NCBI RefSeq assembly: GCF_035084215.1
Contig: NC_090326.1
Coordinates: 159,464,001-159,528,000, forward strand
Length of the DNA stretch: 64,000 nucleotides
From: Heptranchias perlo
Taxonomy: Eukaryota
Reading direction: 5' to 3'
The position numbers were made by a program, and so were the translations under genes. The notes below the pieces were generated by a model, which saw nothing but the letters and a program-made list of their open reading frames with translations, did not search any database and had not been told where the DNA came from. Positions within the stretch are counted from its first letter, which is position 1, and the number at the start of each line of letters is the position of its first letter. Below, piece after piece: positions 39,628-52,520 of this stretch.

Positions 39628-40014
39628 AGTACATTTATGTAGCGCCTTTCATGACCTCAGGGCGTCCCAATGCGCTTTACAGCCACTGATGTACATTTGA
39701 AGTGTAGTCACTGTTGTAACGTAGGAAACATAACAACCAATTTGCGCACAGCAAGCGATGTTGATTGAGGGATAAATGTTGGCCCTGCTCTTCTTCGAAA
39801 TAGTGCCATGGGATCTTTTACATCCACCTGAAGGGGCAGATGGGGCCTCGGTTTAACATTTCATCTGAAACGTGGCACCTCCGACAAGGCAGCGCTCCCT
39901 CAGTACTGCACTGGAGTGTCAGTTTAGATTTTTGTGCTCCAGTCTCTGAAGTGGGACTTGAACCCGCAACCTTCTGACTCAGAGGCGAGAGAGTTACCAC
40001 TGAGCCACGGCTGA
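39628..40014 (-). mobile_element. tRNA-derived Deu-domain SINE (SacSINE1/AmnSINE-like), near full length
   Basis: Minus strand has the A box TGGCTCAGTGG and B box GGTTCAAGTCC, then the Deu-like core gtggatgtaaaagatcccatggcactatttcgaagaagagcaggg and an L2-type tail. Confidence 0.85.
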
Positions 40015-40514
40015 CACTTTGAAGGCAGAGCAGACTGAGGGATATAGAAATCGATCAGAGGGATAGAAGGGACTTGTTATGGAATAGGAAATGAGCAGCC
40101 GAGTTCTTGATGAGTTGGAGCTTATGTAGGGCGGAGCTTGGAAGCCCGGCAAGAAGCATGTTGGAGCAACAAAGTTTTGAGGTGACAACGGCATAGATGA
40201 AGGTTTCAGCAGTAAAAGCAATAACTAGAAAACGCAAAGCAAAATTTGGGAACTGCTTGTCGTACTGAGGGGCAAAGAAACTATGACGGAAAAGTTGAAA
40301 TAGACAAGAAATATACCCTTCCATCAACTTTTTAAATCCCTGTCTTTCAAAACAGGTGAGACCAGCAACTCAGATTCCTCAATGGCTTTCAACATTTCTG
40401 CTTCGCCACAAGGCATTCAGCAGATAATGAATGGCACTGGCAAAAGAAAAAATTCACCACGTAAATCATTTATGAGGCACATCACAAACACCAATACCCT
40501 CATTATAGCAGGAA

Positions 40515-41066
40515 TTAGAATCACAGAAAGGTTATAGCACGGAAGGAGGTCATTCGGCCCATCGAGTCTGCGCCAGCTCTATGCAACAGCTATCCAGCTA
40601 GTCCCGCTCCCCCGCCCTATCCCTGTAGACCTGCAATTTTTTCCTTTCAAGTACTTATCCAGTTCCCTATTGAAGGCCATGATTGAATCTGCCTCCAACA
40701 ACCCCTTGGGCAGTGCATTCCAGATCCTAACCACTCGCTGTGTAAAAAAGTTTTCCTTGTGTCACCTTTGGTTCTTTTGCCAATCACCTTAAATCTATGT
40801 CCTCCGGCTCTTGACCCTTCCACCAATGGGAACAGTTTCTCTCTATCTACTCTGTCTAGGCCCTTCATGATTTTGAATACCTCTATCAAATCTCCTCGCA
40901 ACCATCTCTGTTCCAAGGAGAACAACCCCAGCTTCTCCAGTTTGTCCATGTAACTAAAGCCCCTCATCCCTGGAATCCTTCTAGTAAATCTCTTCTGCAA
41001 CCTCTCTAAGGCCTTCGCATCTTTCCTAAATTGCGGAGCCCAGAACTGGACACAATACTCCAGTTG
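40515..41066 (-). mobile_element. CR1 3' fragment
   Basis: ORF 40647..41000 has QKRFTRRIPGM..LRGDLIEVFKIM. Confidence 0.9.
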
Positions 41067-43713
41067 AAATAGGAAATTTCCCTAAATCCAAACCAATTAT
41101 AGTTCGGAGAGTTTATCGTGGCAAGTTCTACTAAACGTGCACACAAGTAAAGAAAAACCAGCTATGGGAGGAACGAACAAGCCAGTGTCAATTCAGACAC
41201 CTTTTACTGCAATTGAGGAGCAAATGATTTACCACATCAACCCCCAGCTCGACTATGTTTTATATACCTGAACAAGTATTCAGCAGGGATAGGGTTCTAA
41301 TCAAAGAAAGACACTCCAGATGACTGATGTTAGTAAATATATACCATTCCTTGTACACCAAGCATTTCCCTTTAAGGCACTGCTCAAAGTCCCAAACTGG
41401 GTTCAAAAAACACACGGGACATTTGGCTTCCATTTCTCACTGCAAACATGCGGATTTGCAGTGGTGAGTTAACATGGCCAGTGTGCCTGTTTTCATATAT
41501 CTAGCTTGGGATACAGCTTCTTTTAGCACGTTAAAAGTAGCTTTTAAAAATAAAATTTTTTTAAACTTGAAGTATCTTGAATCGTGCATTTCTTTTGTTC
41601 ATTTATTAAAAAAGAGGAAAGCTTTTTAGTAGCAGTCATATCCAAGGTAGAACCTATGGAAATGACTCCTATAAATGAGCCTGTGCAAAGTGAGGGGCAT
41701 GTGTGATTTACTTTTTTTTTAAAAAATACTATTTTTTTTCCCTGTGTTGGTAAAACTGCCTATTTCACCAACAGGAGGCAGAAACTACTGCACCTGGAAT
41801 GTAGCTCTGAGCAAAATCACAGGCTACAAATCCCATTCCTCACCAGCCAGATTTTTGTTTCAAATTTTACATTTCTTCTGCAAACTGAGGGATGTTCATT
41901 ATGATTTAGGCTGCCTGTGAAGCACAGATGTTATCAGTAGAGTGAGAGCAACACAGAAATAAAAGGCAAATCATTAAAAAGTCACTTAAAACTTTCTATT
42001 TTAGCACCTCCCAAATTAATCTCTGCAATTCTTAAAGTAAATTATTTTGGTGAGCATCGATTTAAAAACAAAATCACTGGAGGTCACATGTACATAACAA
42101 AATAAGGAACTTACTCAGCTTAAAATAATTTGACTGATCCCTTTAAAAGGCATCAACGCAACATGTAGTTTTCCAGTGACTGAGGGTTGAGATGGCACTT
42201 GATTATTTAACCAGGCACCATCAACATTGTGCCCTCACAAACATACACATGATTGACTCGGACATCATAGTGGGCTCTTAACATCAATCTTCATCTGCCT
42301 CCCGGTCCTCGGTGGGCTCTGACTTCAATCTTTCTCCTCTTCTCGGGCATCATGGTCATGCTCTGGAGCCAGTGTTCATCCACTTCACACTCCCAGTGCA
42401 ACAGCACAATGAGTGGTTTCAGGGCAAGTCAAGCATTTATAAAAATTGTTCCTCGCAGTTGACCAGTCATTTATCGAGCTGAAGATCCTCCCCCTTGTAT
42501 TTATTTCCCAAAGTGACAACATATTGGGCATTCAGCCAATAACGAATGAGAAGATATGCCTGTATCATGGGGTTCTATGAAGCAAATGCCTGTTGCAGCA
42601 TTTACACCAGATACAACATATAATAGGGGACTGGATGAAACAGTTCCTGTGCAATATTCACAAAACGGTTTTACAAATGTTGCATTACTAGCCTGTTGGA
42701 GCGTTGGTTTCAATTTTACCATGATCTAGTTACTACCACTCCCATGTACTTCAACTCTGGTTAAGCATGTACTTGGCCAAAAGGTTGTCATGCCCTACAA
42801 GTGCTGTTCCACCAAAGTATAATCATTAAATTTTAAGTTTTGTACTGATTTTGAAGCGGGTCCATAGGAGCACAGAATTAAAATCGCAATCTCCTTTACT
42901 CCGCTGTTAATGCAGTGTCAAAATGTACACCATGTGCTGCCAGCTTTAAGCCAGCTGCACATTAAATACATCACTGAGCAAGTTGACTGATTACAAACCA
43001 AACTCTTCTGAACACAGCAGGTAGTGGACGTCAACATCATGGAGTCAAAAACAGAAAGCCATATAATTACATTATCTTCCAGAGAGAGAGAGGGAGAGAG
43101 AACACACTATCCTTGTTAGAAATTGGTAAGAATTATTTATTAACTAAGTTGACAGCTAAATGATTATGATTCTTGTATTTCTGTCTTTTCCATGCTAAGC
43201 TACATGCTGTTGGAACAAGGATTGGAAAAGTTTGACGTTAACTTCCCAGCTCAGGAAGAAAAAAGACAACTCACTTGCTCACAAGGATCTTTTCTCTCCC
43301 AAGCCAAAACTTCCTAGTTTCCAACTTTTCTGTGACTGAGTCAGATCCTGCACGTCCTGTTGCGGCTCCTCCCTATCCTACAACAAATCCATCGCTCATT
43401 CCTTTTTATTTTTAAAGATGACTTCTGCTGGGTAATATTCTACAGTTCCCGGGCAATGAGCTTTGGCAAGTTCAAAAAAATAATAAATACTTTTCTTAAA
43501 AGTTTGTGCTCACCCAATGGTGAATAACTTAAAACATCTTTTTCAGGGTTATGCTTGATTATGTACAACTCATGCTCTGCTTCATGACGGGCAAAGAACA
43601 GTACAAACTCAGCAAAAAAAAATTACGTTCAGTTTACAGCAAACAGGTATGAAATGAATTTGACTTATGCGGAGAACTTGAAATCAGACTTCAATCCCTT
43701 TCATAAATAAAGG

Positions 43714-43923
43714 AAGGAATCTTACAACACCAGGTTATAGTCCAACAATTTTATTTTAAAATCACAAGCTTTCGGAGATTATCTCCTTCGTCAGGTGAGT
43801 GAGTGACGAAGGAGATAATCTCCGAAAGCTTGTGATTTTAAAATAAAATTGTTGGACTATAACCTGGTGTTGTAAGATTCCTTACATTTGTCCACCCCAG
43901 TCCATCACCGGCATCTCCACATC
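43714..43923 (+). mobile_element. ~210-bp Penelope-derived fold-back insertion
   Basis: Perfect 80-bp arms 43714-43793/43804-43883 with a 10-nt loop, then the PLE tail; TSD tcataaataaagga at 43701-43714 and 43922-43935. Confidence 0.92.
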
Positions 43924-45066
43924 ATAAATAAAGGACACAGTCACAGTGTCCTTTTAACAGCTCACATAGTGGAATCTAAGGCAAACAGGATAAATTTCCC
44001 ATTTAAAGTAAGTATAAAAATGTAGCATGAGGCAAGAGAAAAGAATACTTTTGCTGACTGAAACTCATCCTTTAAAGTTAAGTAGCTACCTAATGCAGTT
44101 AGCATCGCTTTTCCACTAGAAGTCACACCATCTCACCACCAAAAACACAGCATTTCATAATCCATTTCTTTCCCAGAAACTTTAACACCCTTTGTTCCTG
44201 TGAAAGTCACCAAGACAGCTGATGTCCTTGAAACACAGCTTGCAGTTTTCTCCATACATTGTGTACAGGTAGAGTTCACAAATAGTTTTACTCTGTTCTC
44301 AGTGACACTTTTCAGCTGCGGGCATCACGACAAAAGGCAATTTAATCCCATCATTTGAATCAAAGCTGCATGCGCACCATCCCATTGAACTGCAGTGATT
44401 CCAGGCCTTATTTCCCTACACATTGAACGGGAGCGGCACACCCTGCATATGACATTATCAGCACAGCATGGTCTCTGGGAAAATTTGACTTGATGGAATC
44501 GCAAAAAACTCATCGAGTGGAAATTGATGTTAACTAAGGTTGGAAAGGTCGGACCAAAAATATGGTGCAAACCAGACTCCTTCCCACAGTACCACTGCAA
44601 CCACATACACAACTAAAAACTAGAAAAATTCTCAGTGCCAAACAGTGGTCTTATTATGTATGGAAGCCACGGTGTCAATGAAGGCAGACAAGATACTGGA
44701 AATGCTGGAGGCTGAACCAATAAGATTTCTTCGATAACTGATTATTTACTGCTAGCTTTCAGAGATAAATATAACATTCTACTTCAGGCAATAGGCTTAA
44801 TTCAGATGGCATTCCACTCAATTTCATGCTTGAAAAACATATTCACTAGTCTGACAGAATATTCTATATTCCCCCATCCCCTTCACACCTACCCCAATTC
44901 CATTGCAGAAATTGAGCCTACTTCAGGAAACCAAGTGGGGAAAAAGTTTAATATAGTTGGATAACCGTTGTCCCAGTATTTAGACCCATTGACAAAAATA
45001 TAAAATGCTGTAAATACTCAGCAGGTCAGGCAGCATCAGTGAGGACAACAGACCGGTTGACATCTC

Positions 45067-47395
45067 TGTAATGAGCCAGGGTTAATTAATAATGTCCTAG
45101 TTAAGGATCCCCTTGGAATGAGTGACCATAACATGGTTACATTCCATATCCAATCAGAGGGTGAGAAGGTTGGTTCTCAAACAAGCGTACTGAGCTTGAA
45201 TAAAGGAGACTATGATGGTATGAGAGCGGAATTGATTAAAGTGGACTGGGAAAATAGATTAAAGGGTAAGACGGTACATGAGCAGTGGTGTTCATTTAAG
45301 GAGTTATTTTACAACTTTCAAAAAATATATATTCCGCTGAGGAAAAAAGGGTGTAAAAGAAATGACAGCCATCCGTGGCTAAGTAAAGAAATTAAGGATA
45401 GTTTCCCACTAAAAACAAGGACATATAAGGTAGCTAAACTTAGTGGGAGGATAGAAGATTGGGAAGTCTTCAAAAGACAGCAAAAAGTAACGAAAGGATT
45501 GATTAAGAAAGGGAAGATAGATTATGAAAATAAATTAGCAAAAAATATAAAAACAGATAGCAAGAGTTTCTACAGTTATATAAAAAAAAGGGCGGCTAAG
45601 GCAAACGTAGGTCCTTTAGAGGATGAGACCGGGAAATTAATGGTGGGAAACATGGAGATGGCAAAAATGCTGAACAAATATTTTGTTTCAGTCTTTACGG
45701 TAGAGGACACTAAGAATATCCCAACACTGGACAAACAGGGGGCTCGAGGAGCTAAATACGATTTGTACTCAGTAAATTAATGGGACTCAAGGCGGATAAA
45801 TCCCCTGGACCTGATGGCTTACATCCGAGGGTCTTGAGGGAAGTGGCAGTAGGGATTGTGGATGCTTTGGTAATAATTTTCCAAAATTCTCTGGACTCGG
45901 CAAAGGTCCCGGTAGATTGGAAAACTGCTAATGTAACACCCTTATTTAAAAAGGGTAGTAGGCAGAAGGCTGGAAATTATAGGCCAGTTAGCTTAACATC
46001 TGTGGTGGGTAAAATTCTGGAGTCTATTATTAAGGAGACAGTAGCAGAACATTTGGATGAACATAATTTAATAGGACAAAGTCAGCATGGCTTTACGAAG
46101 GGGAAGTCATGTCTGACAAATTTGCTTGAGTTCTTTGAGGATATAATGTACAGGGTGGATAAAGGGGAACCAGTGGACATAGTGTATTTGGACTTCCAGA
46201 AGGCATTCGACAAGGTGCCACATAAAAGATTATTGCTCAAGATAAAGAATCACTGGATTGGGGGTAATATTCTGGCATGGGTGGAGGATTGGTTATCTAA
46301 CAGGAAGCAGAGAGTTGGGATAAATGGTACATTCTCGGACTGGCAACCAGTAGCCAGTGGTGTTCCGCAGGGGTCGGTGCTGGGTCCCCAACTCTTTACA
46401 ATCTATATTAATGATTTGGAGGAGGGGACCGAGTGTAACATATCAAAGTTTGCAGATGATACAAAGATGGGAGGGAAAGTAGAGAGTGAGGAGGACATAA
46501 AAAACCTACAAGGGGATATAGACAGGCTGGGTGAGTGGGCGGAGATTTGGCAGATGCAATACAATATTGGAAAATGTGAGGTTATGCACTTTGGCAGGAA
46601 AAATCGGAGAGCAAGTTATTATCTTAATGGCGAGAAACTGGAAAGTACTGCAGTACAAAGGGATCTGGGGGTCCTCGTGCAAGAAAATCAAAAAGTTAGT
46701 TTGCAGGTGCAGCAGGTGATCAAGAAGGCCAACGGAATGTTGGCGTTTATTGCTCGGGGGATAGAATATAAAAACAGGGAGGTATTGCTGCAGTTATATA
46801 AGGTATTGGTGAGACCGTACCTGGAATACTGCATACAGTTTTGGTCTCCATACTTAAGAAAAGACATACTTGCTCTCGAGGCAGTACAAAGAAGGTTCAC
46901 TCGGTTAATCCCGGGGATGAGGGGGTGGACATATGAGGAGAGGTTGAGTAGATTGGGACTCTACTCATTGGAGTTCAGAAGAATGAGAGGCGATCTTATT
47001 GAAACATATAAGATTGTGAAGGGGCTTGATCGGGTGGATGCGGTAAGGATGTTCCCAAGGATGGGTGAAACTAGAACTAGGGGGCATAATCTTAGAATAA
47101 GGGGCTGCTCTTTCAAAACTGAGATGAGGAGAAACTTCTTCACTCAGAGGGTAGTAGGTCTGTGGAATTTGCTGCCCCAGGAAGCTGTGGAAGCTACATC
47201 ATTAAATAAATTTAAAACAGAAATAGACAGTTTCCTAGAAGTAAAGGGAATTAGGGGTTACGGGGAGCGGGCAGGAAATTGGACATGAATTTAGATTTGA
47301 GGTTAGGATCAGATCAGCCATGATCTTATTGAATGGCGGAGCAGGCTCGAGGGGCTGATTGGCCTACTCCTGCTCCTATTTCTTATGTTCTTATG
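45067..47395 (+). mobile_element. Young CR1 LINE, 5'-truncated ORF2 (APE C-terminus + RT) and 3'UTR
   Basis: SDH endonuclease motif; ORF 45780..47288 has [41 protein letters not shown] and FADD. One frameshift near 45760-45780. Tail ttcttatgttcttatg. Confidence 0.95.
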
Positions 47396-48789
47396 GTCTG
47401 GATCCTTCATCAGCCCACATCTGAAACGTCAACTTGTCTGTTCTCTCCACAGATGCTGCCTGACCTGCTCTGAGTGTTTCCAGCTTTTTCTGCTTTTGAT
47501 TCAGATTTCCAGCACAGAAAGCAGCCATTCGGTCCATTATGCCTGTGACAGCTCTTTGAAAGAGCTATCCAATTAGTCCCACTCCCCTGCTCTTTCCCCA
47601 TAGCCCTGCAAACTTTTCCTCTAAGTGTATATCCAGTTCCCTACAGTATCTGCAGTTTTTTTGTTTAGAGCACTTATATTCTTTTCACAAGTTTTGTACT
47701 GCAGTGCACAGAGGGTCTCAATCAGCCTGAGGACAATGCTTTTCCCCAGCAGACAAAACACAAATGTGTGCTGGGATTTTAAAACTGGAAAGTTTTTAAC
47801 GTGGGCTGCATTTTTCGTCAATCTCAATCTCGCCCTTTTGTTGTGAAAATTAAACCATCGGGAATGTTTCTGTCAGATTTCTTACCAAATGATCTGTGCC
47901 CGCTCGGCTCAAAATTAAAGCCATGTAAATGTTTTGCTATTCTCACTCATTAAAATTTAGCCATAAATTTAAACTGCCCTATTTTTGCACTAAGGTAATG
48001 TGGAACTTGCTACCACATAGACTAGTTGAGGCGAATAGCATAGATGCATTTGAGGGGAAGCTCCCTCATAAGTACATAAGGGAGAAAGGAATAGAAAGGA
48101 TATGCTGATGGAGTTGGATGAAATGGGGTGGGAAGAGGCTCGTGTGAAATACAAACACTGGCAGAGACTAGTTGGGCCCAATGGTCTGTTTCTGTGCTGT
48201 AAATTCTAATGGTTTGCGGTGGGGTGGATTGTATTGGTGGCATGACCCCTCTTTGCACAATTTATTTTTTAAATAAGTAAACTTTCAGATAATATTTTTT
48301 AAAAGGCTAAAAATAGTAACATTTCTGCTAAATATGCCTTTCATAACCTTGGAGTGAGATGCAGTCACCTGAACACGTTTTCCTCATAGGATATCTTTCT
48401 GGTCAATTTCCCAGCTAGTAGCAACTGCATGGTGAAAATAAAATGTTGCTGTTTTGTTAGTCTAGGGAGCAGTGTTGTGTTGAACAGGGTCAGAATGACC
48501 AGCTTCAATGTACCATACTGTATTGTACCCTGCATGTTGTTCTTGGCTCAAAGACAAGCTCAGCTTCGCAGAATGAAATAAAATGAACACAAACCTGAAT
48601 ATTAACCAATTTTTAAATGGAAAGTCTACCTCTTTTGGCTGAAGACTTAGTTGCAACTGAATTTTCCACATGGACACACTAAAGAGACAACATTTGGAAG
48701 TGGGAAAGAAAAACTCAACAACTTGCCTTTAACGTAGTAAAAGGTCCCAAGGTGCTTCTCAGAAGCATTATCAAACAAAATTTGATACC

Positions 48790-49218
48790 CTTTTATATAG
48801 CGCCTTTCACAACCTCAGGATGTCCCAAAGCACTTTACAGCCAATGAAGTACTTTTGAAATGTAGTCACCATTGTAATGTAGGAATAACTGCAGCCAATT
48901 TGTGCACAGCAAGATCCCACAAACAGCAATGTGATAATGAGCAGATAATCTGTTCTAGAGATGTTGGTTGAGGGATAAATACTGGCCTGGATTCCAGGGA
49001 AAACTCCCCCGCTCTTCTTTGAAATAGTGCCATGGGATCTTATGTCCACCTGAGGGGGCAGACGTCTCATCCAAAAGTCGGCAACTCTGACAGTGCGGCA
49101 CTCCCTCAATACTGCACTGAAATGTCAGCTTAGATTACGTGTTCAAGTGTCTGGAGTGGGACTTGAACCCCAACCTTCTGATGCAGAGGCAAGAGTGTTA
49201 CCGATGTCAAGGCTGACA
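48790..49218 (-). mobile_element. Deu-domain SINE, followed by an inverted partial copy at ~49248-49520 (+)
   Basis: Same B box, core and tail as the 39.6-kb copy. Confidence 0.85.
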
Positions 49219-50549
49219 AGTATGCCACAACATGTATAATCTGCTGCCAGCTCAAATGGACATAAAAGATCCCATGGCACTATTCAAATGAGTGTAGGAG
49301 AGTTCCCTCAGCATCTTTGCCAATATTTATCTCTCAACCAACATCACTAAAGGATTATCAAATCATTTATCTCCTTGCTGTTTGTGGGACCTTGCCATGC
49401 ACAGATTGGCTGCTGCGTTTTCCTACATTACAACACTGACTACACTTCAAAAGTACTTCATTTGCTGTAAAGCGCTTTGGGATGTTATGAAAGGCACTAT
49501 ATAAAGGCATGTTCTTTCTCTCTTTCTTGTTTAATCTGGCATTTGTGTGAGGTTGCCACGGCATTTTTGAACGATATTCACACACTCCACAGCTACATTA
49601 AAAAAATGTAACATTTTCACAGGTTAAGTGGCTCATTAACTACTAAAGTATTGAAGGATTATCGTGGGTAAATTGAACTGGCACTTTCTTTTACCGCTAC
49701 TATTAAATGAAATTGCATTCACAGAACTATGTTTCAGAACAATGCAATCCTTCCATTTTGACAGTGAACTGAGAGTAATGAAAAACATGCATTTAATCTT
49801 TTTTCTAATGGAAAATATGGCCCTAGTCACTGCATAAACAATATCCACGTTAAGATCCTGTTAAGAACAGGATGTGCAGTTATGTTCCCTTATACGCACA
49901 GCTCATTGTCTTATCGCTGGAACAGATTTACCATTGGCTACCAGATACTGCACAAAGCCACGGTCAAGAATGAAAGTTGAGAAGAAGAAGAATGGTTTGG
50001 CAATTGGGAGATTTGAAAAGGAAAGAATCGGAGGCACCGCAATAAGAACAGGAACCTATTGCACAGAACGTGGAAAAATGGCAGCGCAAGCCCAAATAGT
50101 GGTATTGGGTTCCAATCTACACAGTTTAATGAAGGTTTAAAATGCCCTTAGATCAGATTCCCATTTCACGTGCCACAACTTGATCCAAAATTTTTGTCTT
50201 ATAGAACATGCTACAAGATAATTGACATTCTGACACAGAATTACAAACCAACACAGAGGTCAGAGCATTAAATTATTTTTGGTACAATTCGCACCAAAAA
50301 CTTCAAAGCCCTATAAAGGTTGCACCCCAGGATAAAGTAGTGCAAATGGGGTTTAAGGGCTGTGTGAAATTCATTATTGAATTGTGTTGGATAATTTATG
50401 ATTCTCAATTAAACAGTTGCAAACACACCCATTAGCTCTGGGGTGCAAAAATGTCAAGAAATCATTTTTCATCACAGAAATCTCAACTGCAGATGATCCA
50501 CTGCACAGTCTACATAACAACATAAGAAACTGGAGCAGAAGTAGGCCCC

Positions 50550-51028
50550 TCGGTTAATCCCGGGGATGAGGGGGCGGACGTATGAAGAGAGGTTGAGTAG
50601 ATTGGGACTCTACTCATTGGAGTTCAGAAGAATGAGAGGCGATCTTATTGAAACATATAAGATTGTGAAGGGGCTTGATCGGGTGGATGCGGTAAGGATG
50701 TTCCCAAGGATGGGTGAAACTAGAACTAGGGGGCATAATCTTAGAATAAGGGGCTGCTCTTTCAAAACTGAGATGAGGAGAAACTTCTTCACTCAGAGGG
50801 TAGTAGGTCTGTGGAATTTGCTGCCCCAGGAAGCTACATCATTAAATAAATTTAAAACAGAAATCGACAGTTTCTTAGAAGTAAAGGGAATTAGGGGTTA
50901 CGGGGAGCGGGCAGGAAATTGGACATGAATTTAGATTTGAGGTTAGGATCAGATCAGCCATGATCTTATTGAATGGCAGAGCAGGCTCGAGGGGCCGATT
51001 GGCCTACTGCTCCTATTTCTTATGTTCT
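50550..51028 (+). mobile_element. CR1 3' fragment nearly identical to 46900-47390, nested in an older minus-strand CR1 tail (~50513-51225)
   Basis: ORF 50566..50928 matches the C-terminus of ORF 45780..47288 except one substitution and a 3-aa deletion. Confidence 0.92.
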
Positions 51029-52520
51029 CAAGCCTGCTCTGCCAATTAATCAGATCACGGCCGATCTTCGACCTCAACTCCACTTTCCCGCCCAATTCCC
51101 ATATCCCTTGATTCCCCTAGAGTCCAAAAATCTATTGATCTCAGCATCCACAGCCCTCTGGAATACAGAATTCCAAATATTTACAACTCTCAGTGAAGAA
51201 ATTTTTCCTCATCTCAGTTTTACTTGATCTCCTGCAGAAAACCCTCTCAAACCCAGGGCTGAAAGGGTTAAATTAAGAAAGCAGATTGCACAAACTTCAC
51301 TTGTATTCCTTTGAGTTTAGATAGTTGAGGGGTGATCTAATTGATGTCTTTAAAATCATAAAGTGATTCAATTTCCTCTGGTGGGGGAATCCAGAACAGG
51401 GGGGCATAATCTTCAAATTTGAGGCAGGCCATTGAGGAGTGAAATCAGGAAGCACTTTTTCACAAAGGGTTGTGGAAATCTGGACTCTCTCTCTCCCAAA
51501 AGGCTGTGGATGCTGGGATAATTGGAGCTTTCAAGACTGAGCTCGATAGATTTTTGTTAGATAAGGCTATCAAGGGATATGAAACAAAGGCGGGTAAAAA
51601 GGAGGTACTATCAGCCGTGATCGAACTGAATGGCGGAACAAGTTTGATGGTGGAGTATTCCAATGATGTGGTGCCAGGGCCAACGAGGTCCACGTAGATC
51701 TATAACCCAAAGAAAATCACAACTGAAGCGAAGATGCTGGGATCAGTTTCTTCAACTGCTCTCCCGAGGGTCGTCAGACTTACTAAGCTGCCTCACTCAG
51801 TGATTAAACAAATTTGGGAAATGTATTGGGGCAATATACAATAGTGTCACTGGCATTGACAGCTAAACAAACACAGAAAAAATATCTCTTGGCTAGTTTG
51901 CGTCTGGTTTGCCTGAAACTAACAGTTAGAAACTGGCTGCTGTGTATCTGTAAAGGGATTTCAATTTCAAATGATGCAACCCAGAATACACCTCGCTCTG
52001 ACTTGAAATTCAGTCCGATCGCATGCCAAGTGCATGTGTAGACAAGGTTTTTTTTCCAAGCGACGAGTTTGAGTTGCCAATGCTGACCACAGCCTAAAAG
52101 AGCAACTCAGGATTACTGAAATATGCTTTTGGGACTATCCAGGATGGAGCTATCAGAAGTCTCAATAAGTGAGGCACAAGTTACCAGCAATTAACGCAAC
52201 ATAACATAAGCATAGGTCACCAACAGGGTCAGATCACCAGCAACACCTTTAGGATGCTTTTGAGGCTCAAGAACTCTTGAAAAATACTGGAAACTTTTCT
52301 GAAAAGCACCGGAAGATATAGTGAAACGATCACAAGCTGTTCATGGTCAAGTACAGAACAAAAAACTTCAATGCAATAAAATAAAAAAAAGTGAGCTTGG
52401 AGCTATGTTAACACTAACACCGACTGAAGGATGAATTGTGGATTGGAGTGGGGGAAACTTACTGTGCACACTTTGCGACCCATGGGGTCGTGGGTGGGGA
52501 ACAAAGTAGAGACCATTTCC

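Noticed and set aside
39940-40014. tRNA gene
   Set aside because: The A/B boxes run straight into a SINE body and tail, so this is a SINE head; the same holds at 12.4, 13.7 and 49.2 kb.
52436-52520. N-terminus of the 421-aa ORF as a real PLE start
   Set aside because: It looks like flanking sequence read in frame by chance; PLE similarity begins around 52521. The possible atttcc TSD is too short to trust.
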